A DNA stretch of 64,000 nucleotides, from NCBI GenBank assembly GCA_003577105.1, contig QEUQ01000009.1, forward strand, positions 1,326 through 65,325, read 5' to 3'. Under the pieces are notes generated by a model, which saw only the letters and a program-made list of their open reading frames with translations, did no database searches and was not told the DNA's origin. The translations under genes were made by a program, and so were the position numbers. Below, one piece after another: positions 51,523 through 59,529 of the stretch (position 1 is its first letter; each line of letters opens with the position of its first letter). Source of the stretch: Acidobacteriota bacterium (GTDB taxonomy: Bacteria; Actinomycetota; Acidimicrobiia; ATN3).

Positions 51523-52584
51523 TCAGGCCTCCCCTAGTACTAGCCCAACAGCCACACTCATTAGCGGCTGTGCTTCGGCGAGCGCCTCTGTGGGCATTCC
51601 CAAGTTCGCGAGCTCTACAAACTGGAGCGGATGACCGGGTTCAACCGGAATTCCTAGTGCCGCCGAGAGCTTTTCACCAAGACCCGGGACACGCGATCCG
51701 CCACCGGACAAGATGATCCGTCCAACCGTTGCGGCGCTTGGCTGAGCCATGTAGAAGTCGAGTGAGCCTCTGATTTCATCGACAACCGCGGCGGCACGGT
51801 CATCAATAATTTGGACAGCTTGTTCACTGCCGGGCGGAGGCGCAGACCCTGGTACTGAGAGCTGCCTCTTCACCTGCTCGGCGGTCATGGGATCCATGGT
51901 GAGGCCCACCGACAGGGCCTCGGTGAAGTTGTTGCCGCCAAGTATCAGAATGCGAACGAAGCGTGGTTTCCCGTCTTCGTGGACGACGATGTTGGTGACT
52001 GAATGCCCGATATCAACGATGGCCTCGGCGGCGATCGGCTGGTCGAGTCCGTAGTCACTGACCAGCGACCTCAGCAGGGCCAGGGGGGAGAGATCGATCG
52101 CCTGTGGCGTCAACTTTGCGTATTCGAGAGCCCCGAGCATCTGCTCGATCATGTCGCGCTGCGCCGCAACGATGAGGACCCTCATCATTCGCTCGCCTTC
52201 AGGCCCTTGAATTTCGTCGAGAATCATGAAGTCGAGGATTGCCTCCTCAACTGGGATTGGAATGAATTCTTGTACCTGGAACTCCAGGGCGGCCCGCAGG
52301 TCCTCCTCGGCCATCCATGGAAGGTCCACCTGCCGTACAACTACCTTCTGGTTTGAGACTCCGAGGACGATGTTTCTCTTGCCCTTGAAGCCTGCCTGCG
52401 ACCACAGTCGTTGCAGCGCCTCACCCACTGCTGCAGGATCAGCTACCTCTCCGTCGCGCATCGCACCTGGTGGAACTTCGATTTGACCGAACTTCGTTAG
52501 TACCGGACGCGCCTTGCCAAGCATGAGCTCGGCGCCACGCACCGCGCTGGTTCCCAAGTCGAGTCCGATCACAGTCTTAGGCAC
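51523..52584 (-). CDS. pilM: Type IV pilus assembly protein PilM (actin-like ATPase fold)
   Basis: IGLDLGTSAVRGAEL N-terminus, a PilM/FtsA-like fold across 353 aa. Confidence 0.88.
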   Translation of the reverse strand: MPKTVIGLDLGTSAVRGAELMLGKARPVLTKFGQIEVPPGAMRDGEVADPAAVGEALQRLWSQAGFKGKRNIVLGVSNQKVVVRQVDLPWMAEEDLRAALEFQVQEFIPIPVEEAILDFMILDEIQGPEGERMMRVLIVAAQRDMIEQMLGALEYAKLTPQAIDLSPLALLRSLVSDYGLDQPIAAEAIVDIGHSVTNIVVHEDGKPRFVRILILGGNNFTEALSVGLTMDPMTAEQVKRQLSVPGSAPPPGSEQAVQIIDDRAAAVVDEIRGSLDFYMAQPSAATVGRIILSGGGSRVPGLGEKLSAALGIPVEPGHPLQFVELANLGMPTEALAEAQPLMSVAVGLVLGEA

Positions 52585-52586
52585 GG

Positions 52587-52781
52587 TCAGCCCCTCTCAA
52601 CCTGAACTGACGAACGCATCAAGTAAGAAACCAGGTCTTGCCGGCGGATCCTGTAACTTCTTCCGACCCTCACTGCGTCGAGCTGCCCGCGCTTTATGAG
52701 TCTGTAAACGGTCATGTTCGAGACTCGCATCATCGATGCCACCTCGCTGACCGTAAGAAGTTCAACTCTTGGGACGGCCAT
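52587..52781 (-). CDS. Small helix-turn-helix DNA-binding protein, excisionase/BldC (MerR-like) family
   Basis: 64 aa; LLTVSEVASMMRVSNMTVYRLIKRGQLDAVRVGRSYRIRRQDLVSYL matches the excisionase-family HTH. It ends 2 nt before the pilM start, making it the first gene of the pilMNO operon. Confidence 0.8.
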   Translation of the reverse strand: MAVPRVELLTVSEVASMMRVSNMTVYRLIKRGQLDAVRVGRSYRIRRQDLVSYLMRSSVQVERG

Positions 52782-53179
52782 ATTTCAGCACTCCCAGATT
52801 CGCCCCGGCAATTGCCGCTACGCATCTCCAACCCCGCAGTTGATTCGGTTCCACAGCAGGAAAACTTTACCCATCCAGCATCACTGATTGACTCAGGCAA
52901 CACCAGCAACAGCTCTCCGGAGGCCATTTGCCGCTGGATGCCAACAAGTGAGACGCATTGGTGAGCTGAGGAAGTTCCATCGATCGCGCCGTGACCGCGC
53001 GCGGATTTAGCAGGTGAGCCTGCTGATCCCCACAACGGGCGTTGTGCTCCGATTGACTGGATCCAACTCAATTCGCGAACTTCCCGCGTCTCGTCGGAAT
53101 CCGCCCTTGACCCCGAGATGCGAAAGCTTAGCATGTTTGCTTGCTTTGCGCATCTCTTTGCAAGAGATAGCTACTTCGA

Positions 53180-53989
53180 TCACAAGCCACCCAGGAGCTT
53201 GGTATATGCGCTCCAGATGCCGCTGCCAACAAATAGCGCTGTGAGCGATCCGAGCGCGAGATACGGACCGAAGGGTATCGCTTTACCGAACTCACCTCGC
53301 CCAATGACGATCAGAAACAGGCCAAGAACGGTTCCATACGCGAACGACAAGAGCACGCCCGTCAACAGGACGGCCGCCCCGCTGAAACCAAGCACCATCC
53401 CTATCAGCAGCGCCAAACGAACATCGCCAAAGCCCATCCACTTGGGATTTACTTCGTGGATCAGCCGAAGCCCGCCGCTGAAACCAACTGCGCCCAGCAA
53501 AGAGACCCCTACTGAACCAGGGCGCCCCTCCATTACCGCCGCGATAGCCAACAACGGCAAACACAGCACCAGCGACCACCACACGATCCGCGACGGAATG
53601 CGCTTGTGTTCCAGATCCGTGACAGTAATCGTCACCAGAGCAAAAGAAAAGACTAGATACAGCGGCAATTCCCAAGCTAGGCCGGTCTCAGCGGCAATTG
53701 CCCCGAAGATTCCCGCCATTGCGATCTCGGTGAACAGATAGCGAGCTGGAATGCGCCATCCGCAGCTGCGACACCGCCCCCGGAGGAGCAAGAAAGACGC
53801 TAAGGGAATGTTTTCCCACCACTCAAGAGGCCTACAGCAGTTTGGGCAACGCGACGCCGGCCGAATCACTGACCGGCCTTCCGGTACTCTCGACGCCACA
53901 ACATTGGCGAACGAGCCGAATGCCAGACCCAAAGCCCCGGCACCCACAGCCAAAACCGCCCGCGCACCTTCACTCGAAGACATCTTCAC
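53180..53989 (-). CDS. pilD: Prepilin peptidase (A24 family, PilD)
   Basis: N-terminal tetracysteine zinc motif (CPNCCRPL...CRSCGWRI) and polytopic membrane domain with catalytic Asp motifs (DLEHKRIP, GFGDVRLAL). Confidence 0.88.
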   Translation of the reverse strand: MKMSSSEGARAVLAVGAGALGLAFGSFANVVASRVPEGRSVIRPASRCPNCCRPLEWWENIPLASFLLLRGRCRSCGWRIPARYLFTEIAMAGIFGAIAAETGLAWELPLYLVFSFALVTITVTDLEHKRIPSRIVWWSLVLCLPLLAIAAVMEGRPGSVGVSLLGAVGFSGGLRLIHEVNPKWMGFGDVRLALLIGMVLGFSGAAVLLTGVLLSFAYGTVLGLFLIVIGRGEFGKAIPFGPYLALGSLTALFVGSGIWSAYTKLLGGL

Positions 53990-54048
53990 CTTGCTCTCGT
54001 CGCGTTCGCCCTTCCGATCGGGCGGACGACGATACTACCCCCTCGCGC

Positions 54049-54076
54049 AAATTAGCCCGCCAAAGCGGGCTAATTT
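54049..54076 (-). terminator. Hairpin terminator downstream of the pilin gene
   Basis: Perfect inverted repeat AAATTAGCCCGC-caaa-GCGGGCTAATTT located 34-61 nt after the pilin stop codon. Confidence 0.6.
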
Positions 54077-54109
54077 GCCGATTCTGCCTGCTGGCAGCAC
54101 TGAGTTAGA

Positions 54110-54649
54110 TCAGTGCCTCCAACCTGCTGAAGAATCCGTGCTAGCACCGGCTCCCGTGCAAGGGAACTCGAGTGCGTGACTACCATCACCAGTGGCTCCG
54201 CCACCGCCCTCATGGTCATAGCTGGTTCCGGTTCCGTTACCGCCATCGACCTTTGAGTCGCAAATGGAGAACTCATGCTGATGGGCGCTGAGCACAGTGA
54301 GTACAACCGTGCCGTCGACTGCTTGGGTACCTGTCGGCCCCGAGACAACGCCAACTTCGTTCTGACCCGTTGACGGGCCACCAGGCACCCACGTCAGAGC
54401 CTGCTCGATCCCCGCGAGGGTCGGCTGGTCCTGCGTATAGGCCTGAGAGTCGGTGTAGTACACGTTCTCAGCGGTCAATGCATTCCGGACGCTTGTCTGA
54501 GCTGCCCTGTCCTGGGCACGTTCCCGTGCGCCGAGGAAGGTCGGGATCGCGATAGCAATCAGGATGGCAATGATGAGCACCACGATCATGAGCTCGATGA
54601 GGGTGAAGCCCTCGTCGCGACCGGTAATTGATCCACGCATTTTCTTCAT
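54110..54649 (-). CDS. pilA: Type IV pilin (major pilin, class III signal peptide)
   Basis: Leader MKKMRGSITGRDEG followed by FTLIELMIVVLIIAILIAIAIPTF (prepilin peptidase site G|F, Glu+5). Strong RBS GGAGGTG 7 nt upstream of the ATG at 54647-54649. The upstream 42 codons in the ORF track are not part of the gene. Confidence 0.88.
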   Translation of the reverse strand: MKKMRGSITGRDEGFTLIELMIVVLIIAILIAIAIPTFLGARERAQDRAAQTSVRNALTAENVYYTDSQAYTQDQPTLAGIEQALTWVPGGPSTGQNEVGVVSGPTGTQAVDGTVVLTVLSAHQHEFSICDSKVDGGNGTGTSYDHEGGGGATGDGSHALEFPCTGAGASTDSSAGWRH

Positions 54650-54734
54650 ATAGTTCACCTCCTTCCCCAAAGAGGATTTGCATGCAGGCCAAAGCCTGCC
54701 CGCACACCTATCATCGGCGCCTACGGGCGGAATC

Positions 54735-54751
54735 TTGAGAACGGTTCTCAA
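54735..54751. promoter_or_regulatory. Perfect 17-bp palindrome TTGAGAAC-g-GTTCTCAA about 85 bp upstream of the pilin start codon; candidate operator
   Basis: Exact 8-bp inverted repeat with a 1-nt spacer in the pilC-pilin intergenic region. Confidence 0.5.
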
Positions 54752-54788
54752 TTTTCTCGACCAAACCGTTTCCACCTCGGGAATCTGC

Positions 54789-55949
54789 CTATTGGATCAA
54801 GTTCACAATATTGAACATTGGCATATAGAGCGCGATGACCATGCCACCGACAGCAATACCCATGACTGCGATCAGAAGCGGTTCGATCAGCGATGTCAGC
54901 GCGTCGACCGCCGCCGAAACCTCTTGGTCGTAGAACTCAGAGATCTTCAGAAGCATGGTGTCAATGGCACCCGTCTCCTCACCCACCGCCATCATCTGAA
55001 CCACCATCGGTGGGAACACCGAATGCTCCAAGAGGGGCCGTGCAATTGACTCACCCTCCCTCACGCTGGTTTGAACATCGATAATCGCTGCTGAAATCAC
55101 TCGATTGCCTACCGTTTGGCTGACGATATCAAGTGCTTCCAGAATCGGAACACCTGACTTGATCAGCTCAGCCAGGGTTCGAGTGAAGCGCGACAGGGCG
55201 ACTTTGTGAAAAAGGGGGCCGAAGATCGGAACCTTGATCAGGAATGTGTCCCAAATCATCTCCCCTTTGTCGGTCTTCTTCCAGGCCCGCAGCCCGAAGA
55301 CCGCACCAATGCTCAAGATTGCCAGTAGCCACCAGTAGTTCTTGACGATTTCCGATACGCCAATGAGCATCTGCGTAGGCGCCGGCAACTTGCCTCCGAG
55401 CTCGTCATAGAGCTTCTTGAACATCGGTACAACAAAGATCAGCATTGCGCTCACGATAAGCAGAACCATCACAAACACAACTACTGGGTACGTCATTGCG
55501 GACTTGACTTTGCCTCGCAACTCGACTTGCGATTCGATAGTCTCGGCGATCCTCACGAGTACGTGATCGAGGTTACCCCCGATCTCCCCGGCCCTTACCA
55601 TTGAGACATATAGATCATTGAATACTTTGGGGTGCTTCTCCAGTGCCCCGGAAAGCGATGACCCGGTTTCCACATCGTCACGGACCAGCCTGACGACATC
55701 AGCAAGGGTCGCAAACTGGCGGCTGAAGATCGACAGATCCTTCAGCTTTACGCGATTGCCACCAATAGAGATCTCCTTCTTGAGACCTCCGGCATCTTTC
55801 TCATCGATGGAGATAGGTATGTAACCCATCTCGCGTAATTTGGCAGCGACAACAGTGGTGTTGTCGGCGTCGAGCTCACCCTCGACGATTTGTCCCTGTT
55901 TGTCCCTTACTTTGTATACGAAAGTTCCAGCCACCGCTGCTCCTCTCAA
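54789..55949 (-). CDS. pilC: Type IV pilus inner-membrane platform protein PilC (GspF/T2SS-F family)
   Basis: Duplicated T2SS-F domains with three TM segments across 386 aa. Confidence 0.9.
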   Translation of the reverse strand: MRGAAVAGTFVYKVRDKQGQIVEGELDADNTTVVAAKLREMGYIPISIDEKDAGGLKKEISIGGNRVKLKDLSIFSRQFATLADVVRLVRDDVETGSSLSGALEKHPKVFNDLYVSMVRAGEIGGNLDHVLVRIAETIESQVELRGKVKSAMTYPVVVFVMVLLIVSAMLIFVVPMFKKLYDELGGKLPAPTQMLIGVSEIVKNYWWLLAILSIGAVFGLRAWKKTDKGEMIWDTFLIKVPIFGPLFHKVALSRFTRTLAELIKSGVPILEALDIVSQTVGNRVISAAIIDVQTSVREGESIARPLLEHSVFPPMVVQMMAVGEETGAIDTMLLKISEFYDQEVSAAVDALTSLIEPLLIAVMGIAVGGMVIALYMPMFNIVNLIQ

Positions 55950-57586
55950 CCGCGCCCGAGAAGGCGCATCAGGTCATCCTCGTTGGCGCAGCGCTCTCGC
56001 GCCAGGTCCAAAGAGATCCGCCCTGCTTTGACCAGGTCCGCAAGGGACTGGTCCATAGTCTGCATGCCGAATCGACCGCCAGCCTGCATGACTGAATAAA
56101 TCTGATGGGTCTTGCCCTCACGTATCAGATTTCGGACTGCTGGCGTAGCAATCAGAACCTCCACTGCTACCACGCGCCCTCGGCCATCTGCGGTCTGGCA
56201 AAGCTGCTGGGTGCAGACGGCCTGCAGTGAGGCGGCAAGCTGGACGCGCACTTGCTGCTGCTGATGCGGCGGAAAAACGTCGATAATTCTGTCAATTGAC
56301 TGCGGGCAGTCCTGCGTGTGGAGCGTGCCAAAGACCAAGTGGCCGGTCTCGGCAGCCGTGATTGCCGTCTGGATCGTCTCAAGGTCGCGCATTTCGCCGA
56401 CCAGGATCACATCTGGATCTTGGCGAAGAACGCGTTTGAGCGCATTCGCGAAACTGAGGGTGTCTTCTCCAACCTCGCGCTGGTTCACCACGGCGCGCTT
56501 GTGCGCGTGAAGGAACTCGATCGGGTCCTCAACAGTCATGATGTGAACGGGGCGTTCCCGGTTGATGATGTCGACGATCGATGCAAGAGTTGTTGACTTG
56601 CCTGAACCTGTAGGTCCCGTGACGAGCACCAGGCCGCGAGGTAATGCGGCAAAGGAAGTCAGGACTGGCGGCACCCCCAGCTTTTCGAGGGGAAGGATAT
56701 TCATCGGGATCACTCGCATGACCGAGCCGATCGAGTCCCGCTGGAAGAAAACATTGACCCTGAAGCGGGCTTTGCCTGGCAACGGATGGGACATATCGAG
56801 TTCCATCTCAGCCTCAAGCTTTTCGCGCTGTTTCTGCGTGAGAATCGCGTAGATCATCTTGCGAAGGGGCCCGGGCTTGAGGATCGGGAAGTCCGTTAGC
56901 GGATACAAGTCGCCGTGGACACGCACCACCGGATGCGTTCCCACCGTCAGGTGGAGGTCCGACGCGCCCTTCTCGAGGACTATCTCGAGCAATTCGTTGA
57001 CATGAATGTCTGCGGCGTCACGCTCCGGCTGTGCGGCCGGCGCCTGTTCCTTTACTCCCTGTGCAGCTTCAAGTAGGCGTTCATCTGCAACTGATACGTC
57101 GCCGGTCTTCAGACTTCCGTGTGTCTGAGGTGCTGCCGCAGCCGCTTCTGCCGCAGCGCCGTGCACCTGCTTGATGACGGCGGCAATCTCTCCCTTGTCG
57201 GCGAGGGCTGGAATCACCTGCCAACCGACACCCTGCTCAATTGCCTGAATAGCGTCTGAATTGTGTGGATCGCCCATCGCCACAAGAAGCTTGTCTTCTT
57301 CAAAGGCAACTGCAATCAAGTTGAACCGGACACACAGTTCCGGTGGAATCGCCGTAACCGCGTCGGGGTGGAGCGGTTGAGAAGCAAGATCGACAAACCT
57401 GAGGCCGCTTTGTTCAGCCAACGCGCCGAGAATCTGCTTCTCGCTCAGCCGGCCTTCATCGGTGAGCAACTTGAATAACGGGGTGCCTGTCGCCTGCTCC
57501 CGCCCGAGGGCATCCACCAGCTCTTCGCTGGAGAGAAGCTGCTTCTTTACGAGCAAGTCGCCTAGACGTTGAGACGCCGCGGACAT
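55946..57586 (-). CDS. pilT: Twitching-motility retraction ATPase PilT with an N-terminal GspE-N/MshEN-like extension of about 190 aa
   Basis: PilT core: Walker A GPTGSGKSTT, Asp/His boxes, and the PilT-specific AxRNLIRE motif (PAVRNLIREGKTHQI). The N-terminus contains RLGDLLVKKQLLSSEELVDALGREQ, resembling the T2SS-E N-domain/MshEN fold. Confidence 0.85.
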   Translation of the reverse strand: MSAASQRLGDLLVKKQLLSSEELVDALGREQATGTPLFKLLTDEGRLSEKQILGALAEQSGLRFVDLASQPLHPDAVTAIPPELCVRFNLIAVAFEEDKLLVAMGDPHNSDAIQAIEQGVGWQVIPALADKGEIAAVIKQVHGAAAEAAAAAPQTHGSLKTGDVSVADERLLEAAQGVKEQAPAAQPERDAADIHVNELLEIVLEKGASDLHLTVGTHPVVRVHGDLYPLTDFPILKPGPLRKMIYAILTQKQREKLEAEMELDMSHPLPGKARFRVNVFFQRDSIGSVMRVIPMNILPLEKLGVPPVLTSFAALPRGLVLVTGPTGSGKSTTLASIVDIINRERPVHIMTVEDPIEFLHAHKRAVVNQREVGEDTLSFANALKRVLRQDPDVILVGEMRDLETIQTAITAAETGHLVFGTLHTQDCPQSIDRIIDVFPPHQQQQVRVQLAASLQAVCTQQLCQTADGRGRVVAVEVLIATPAVRNLIREGKTHQIYSVMQAGGRFGMQTMDQSLADLVKAGRISLDLARERCANEDDLMRLLGRG

Positions 57587-57720
57587 AGAAAAATGGCCCT
57601 CCCGGACACGATTGTTTGCATCAGATCATCGACAGAGCGAATTCGAATCTTGACCTGAGGACAGTTAAGGGTATCAGCACATCTCACCCCCATGTGCGCA
57701 AACAAGCGTTGGTCAGTGAG

Positions 57721-59400
57721 CTAGACCACCACTCTCATGATCTCGTCGATTGCAGTTATTCCCAGTCGTACCTTGGCCAGGCCATCGAGACGAAGCGTCT
57801 TCATCCCTTCCATGACGGCTATCTTCTTCATCTCTTCAGACGTCCTGTGCTCTACGACCATTCGCTCGATCTCTTCGCTCAAGATCATGATCTCGTGGAG
57901 CGCGACTCGCCCTCGATATCCCGTATTCGAACAGGACTTGCACCCTGCGGGCTTGTATATCACCGGTAATTCCTCTTCTTCGTCAAGCGGCCACCCGCAC
58001 TCGACGAGTGCCTCCTCTGTCGGCTGATAGGGCTCCTTACACTTCTCACATAGCCGCCGTGCAAGGCGCTGCGCAAGCACGCAATCCAGCGCCGAACCAA
58101 CTAGGAACGCCTCGACGCCCATCTCGAAAAGGCGTGTAGCGGCAGACGGCGCGTCATTTGTGTGAAGCGTCGAAAGGACCAGGTGACCGGTCAAGGCCGA
58201 CTCAATCGCGATTGTCGCGGTCTCTTTGTCTCTGATTTCACCCACCATCATGATGTCGGGGTCGCAGCGCACCAGCGATCGAAGGGCCGAAGCGAATGTC
58301 AGTCCAGCTCGCGTGTTCACCTGGATTTGAGAAAGGCCCGACAGCCTGAACTCAACTGGATCTTCGACTGTCATGACGTTCTTCGCGTCGTCGTTAATAA
58401 CGTTGAGAATCGAGTAGAGGGTCGTGGTCTTGCCTGATCCTGTCGGACCTGTTGCCAGTATCGCTCCGTATGGCTTGTTGTATGCGTTTGCCAGCTTCTT
58501 CGCGTTGTCCTCAAGTAGCCCCAGTTGTTCAAGCGGCACAATGCCTGCCTGCTTGTCGAGGATTCTCATGACGAACTTCTCGCCCCAAACCGTCGGAACG
58601 CACGCGGCGCGCAGGTCGATCTCACGCCCCGAGATACTCATTGAGATCCGGCCATCTTGAGGAATTCGCCGCTCGGCGATGTCCATGTCCGACATGATCT
58701 TCAGGCGGCTTACAAGCGAGTTCTGCACGCTCTTAGGGCTCCGCATATGTTCGTGCAAAACTCCGTCAATGCGATAGCGGATTCGAAGGTCCTTGGCCTG
58801 GGGCTCAATGTGGATGTCCGATGCCCGATCCTGTACAGCTTGGGCGATCAGGGTGTTTGCAAGCTTGACTATGGGAGCGTCTTCAACGACCTCTGTCAGT
58901 CCCTCAAGGGCATCGCTATCGTCGTCGCCTGCGGCAATCTCGCCAGTCAGCGCCTCGACGTCGGTCTCCATGCGAGCCATCTTGTCGAGCGCATCCATGA
59001 CTGCGGCCTGCGTGGCGACGACGACTTCGAGTTCTCGCTTAGTGACGCGCGCGACGTCGTCACGTGCAATCACGTTCTGGGGATCGCTCATTGCGACGAT
59101 GAGCCGTTCCTCATCGAAGCCGATCGGTATCAGCGAATACCGGCGAGCGATGTTGTCAGGTACGAGTGAGGCCGCAACCGGATCGATCCCGTACTCAAGA
59201 AGATCGACGAACTCATAGCCTGCCTGGTCGGCAAGGATCGCCAGAAGGTCATCCTCGGTGAGGATTTCCATTTCGATCAGGACGCGGCTGAGCGCCTTCC
59301 CGGTCTCTTCGACCTCGGCCAATACCTCGTCGAGTTGCGTTGCATCGATGATGCCTTCCTCGACAAGAAGCATTCCGAAACTGGTGACATCTTCGGACAA
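57721..59400 (-). CDS. pilB: Type IV pilus assembly (extension) ATPase PilB/GspE family
   Basis: N-terminal MshEN-like motif (FGMLLVEEGIIDATQLDEVLAEVEE), Walker A GPTGSGKTTT, and a tetracysteine zinc motif (CEKCKEPY...CKSCSNTGYRGR). Confidence 0.9.
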   Translation of the reverse strand: MSEDVTSFGMLLVEEGIIDATQLDEVLAEVEETGKALSRVLIEMEILTEDDLLAILADQAGYEFVDLLEYGIDPVAASLVPDNIARRYSLIPIGFDEERLIVAMSDPQNVIARDDVARVTKRELEVVVATQAAVMDALDKMARMETDVEALTGEIAAGDDDSDALEGLTEVVEDAPIVKLANTLIAQAVQDRASDIHIEPQAKDLRIRYRIDGVLHEHMRSPKSVQNSLVSRLKIMSDMDIAERRIPQDGRISMSISGREIDLRAACVPTVWGEKFVMRILDKQAGIVPLEQLGLLEDNAKKLANAYNKPYGAILATGPTGSGKTTTLYSILNVINDDAKNVMTVEDPVEFRLSGLSQIQVNTRAGLTFASALRSLVRCDPDIMMVGEIRDKETATIAIESALTGHLVLSTLHTNDAPSAATRLFEMGVEAFLVGSALDCVLAQRLARRLCEKCKEPYQPTEEALVECGWPLDEEEELPVIYKPAGCKSCSNTGYRGRVALHEIMILSEEIERMVVEHRTSEEMKKIAVMEGMKTLRLDGLAKVRLGITAIDEIMRVVV

Positions 59401-59529
59401 CGCTTCACCCTCCCGCGATGGTTCGCACTGCCGCTACTACTGAACCGCCAGTCACTCTACGCGCATCTCCGTACGCCGTGACTCGCGTATCTCATTGTAT
59501 CGGCCCGCCCGCTTCACGCCTTGACGCGG

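Noticed and set aside
52730-53134. 134-aa minus-strand ORF (and the 53014-53244 plus-strand ORF) inside the pilD/HTH intergenic gap
   Set aside because: No recognisable domain, no RBS, and atypical composition. It overlaps the HTH gene start. Treated as non-coding.
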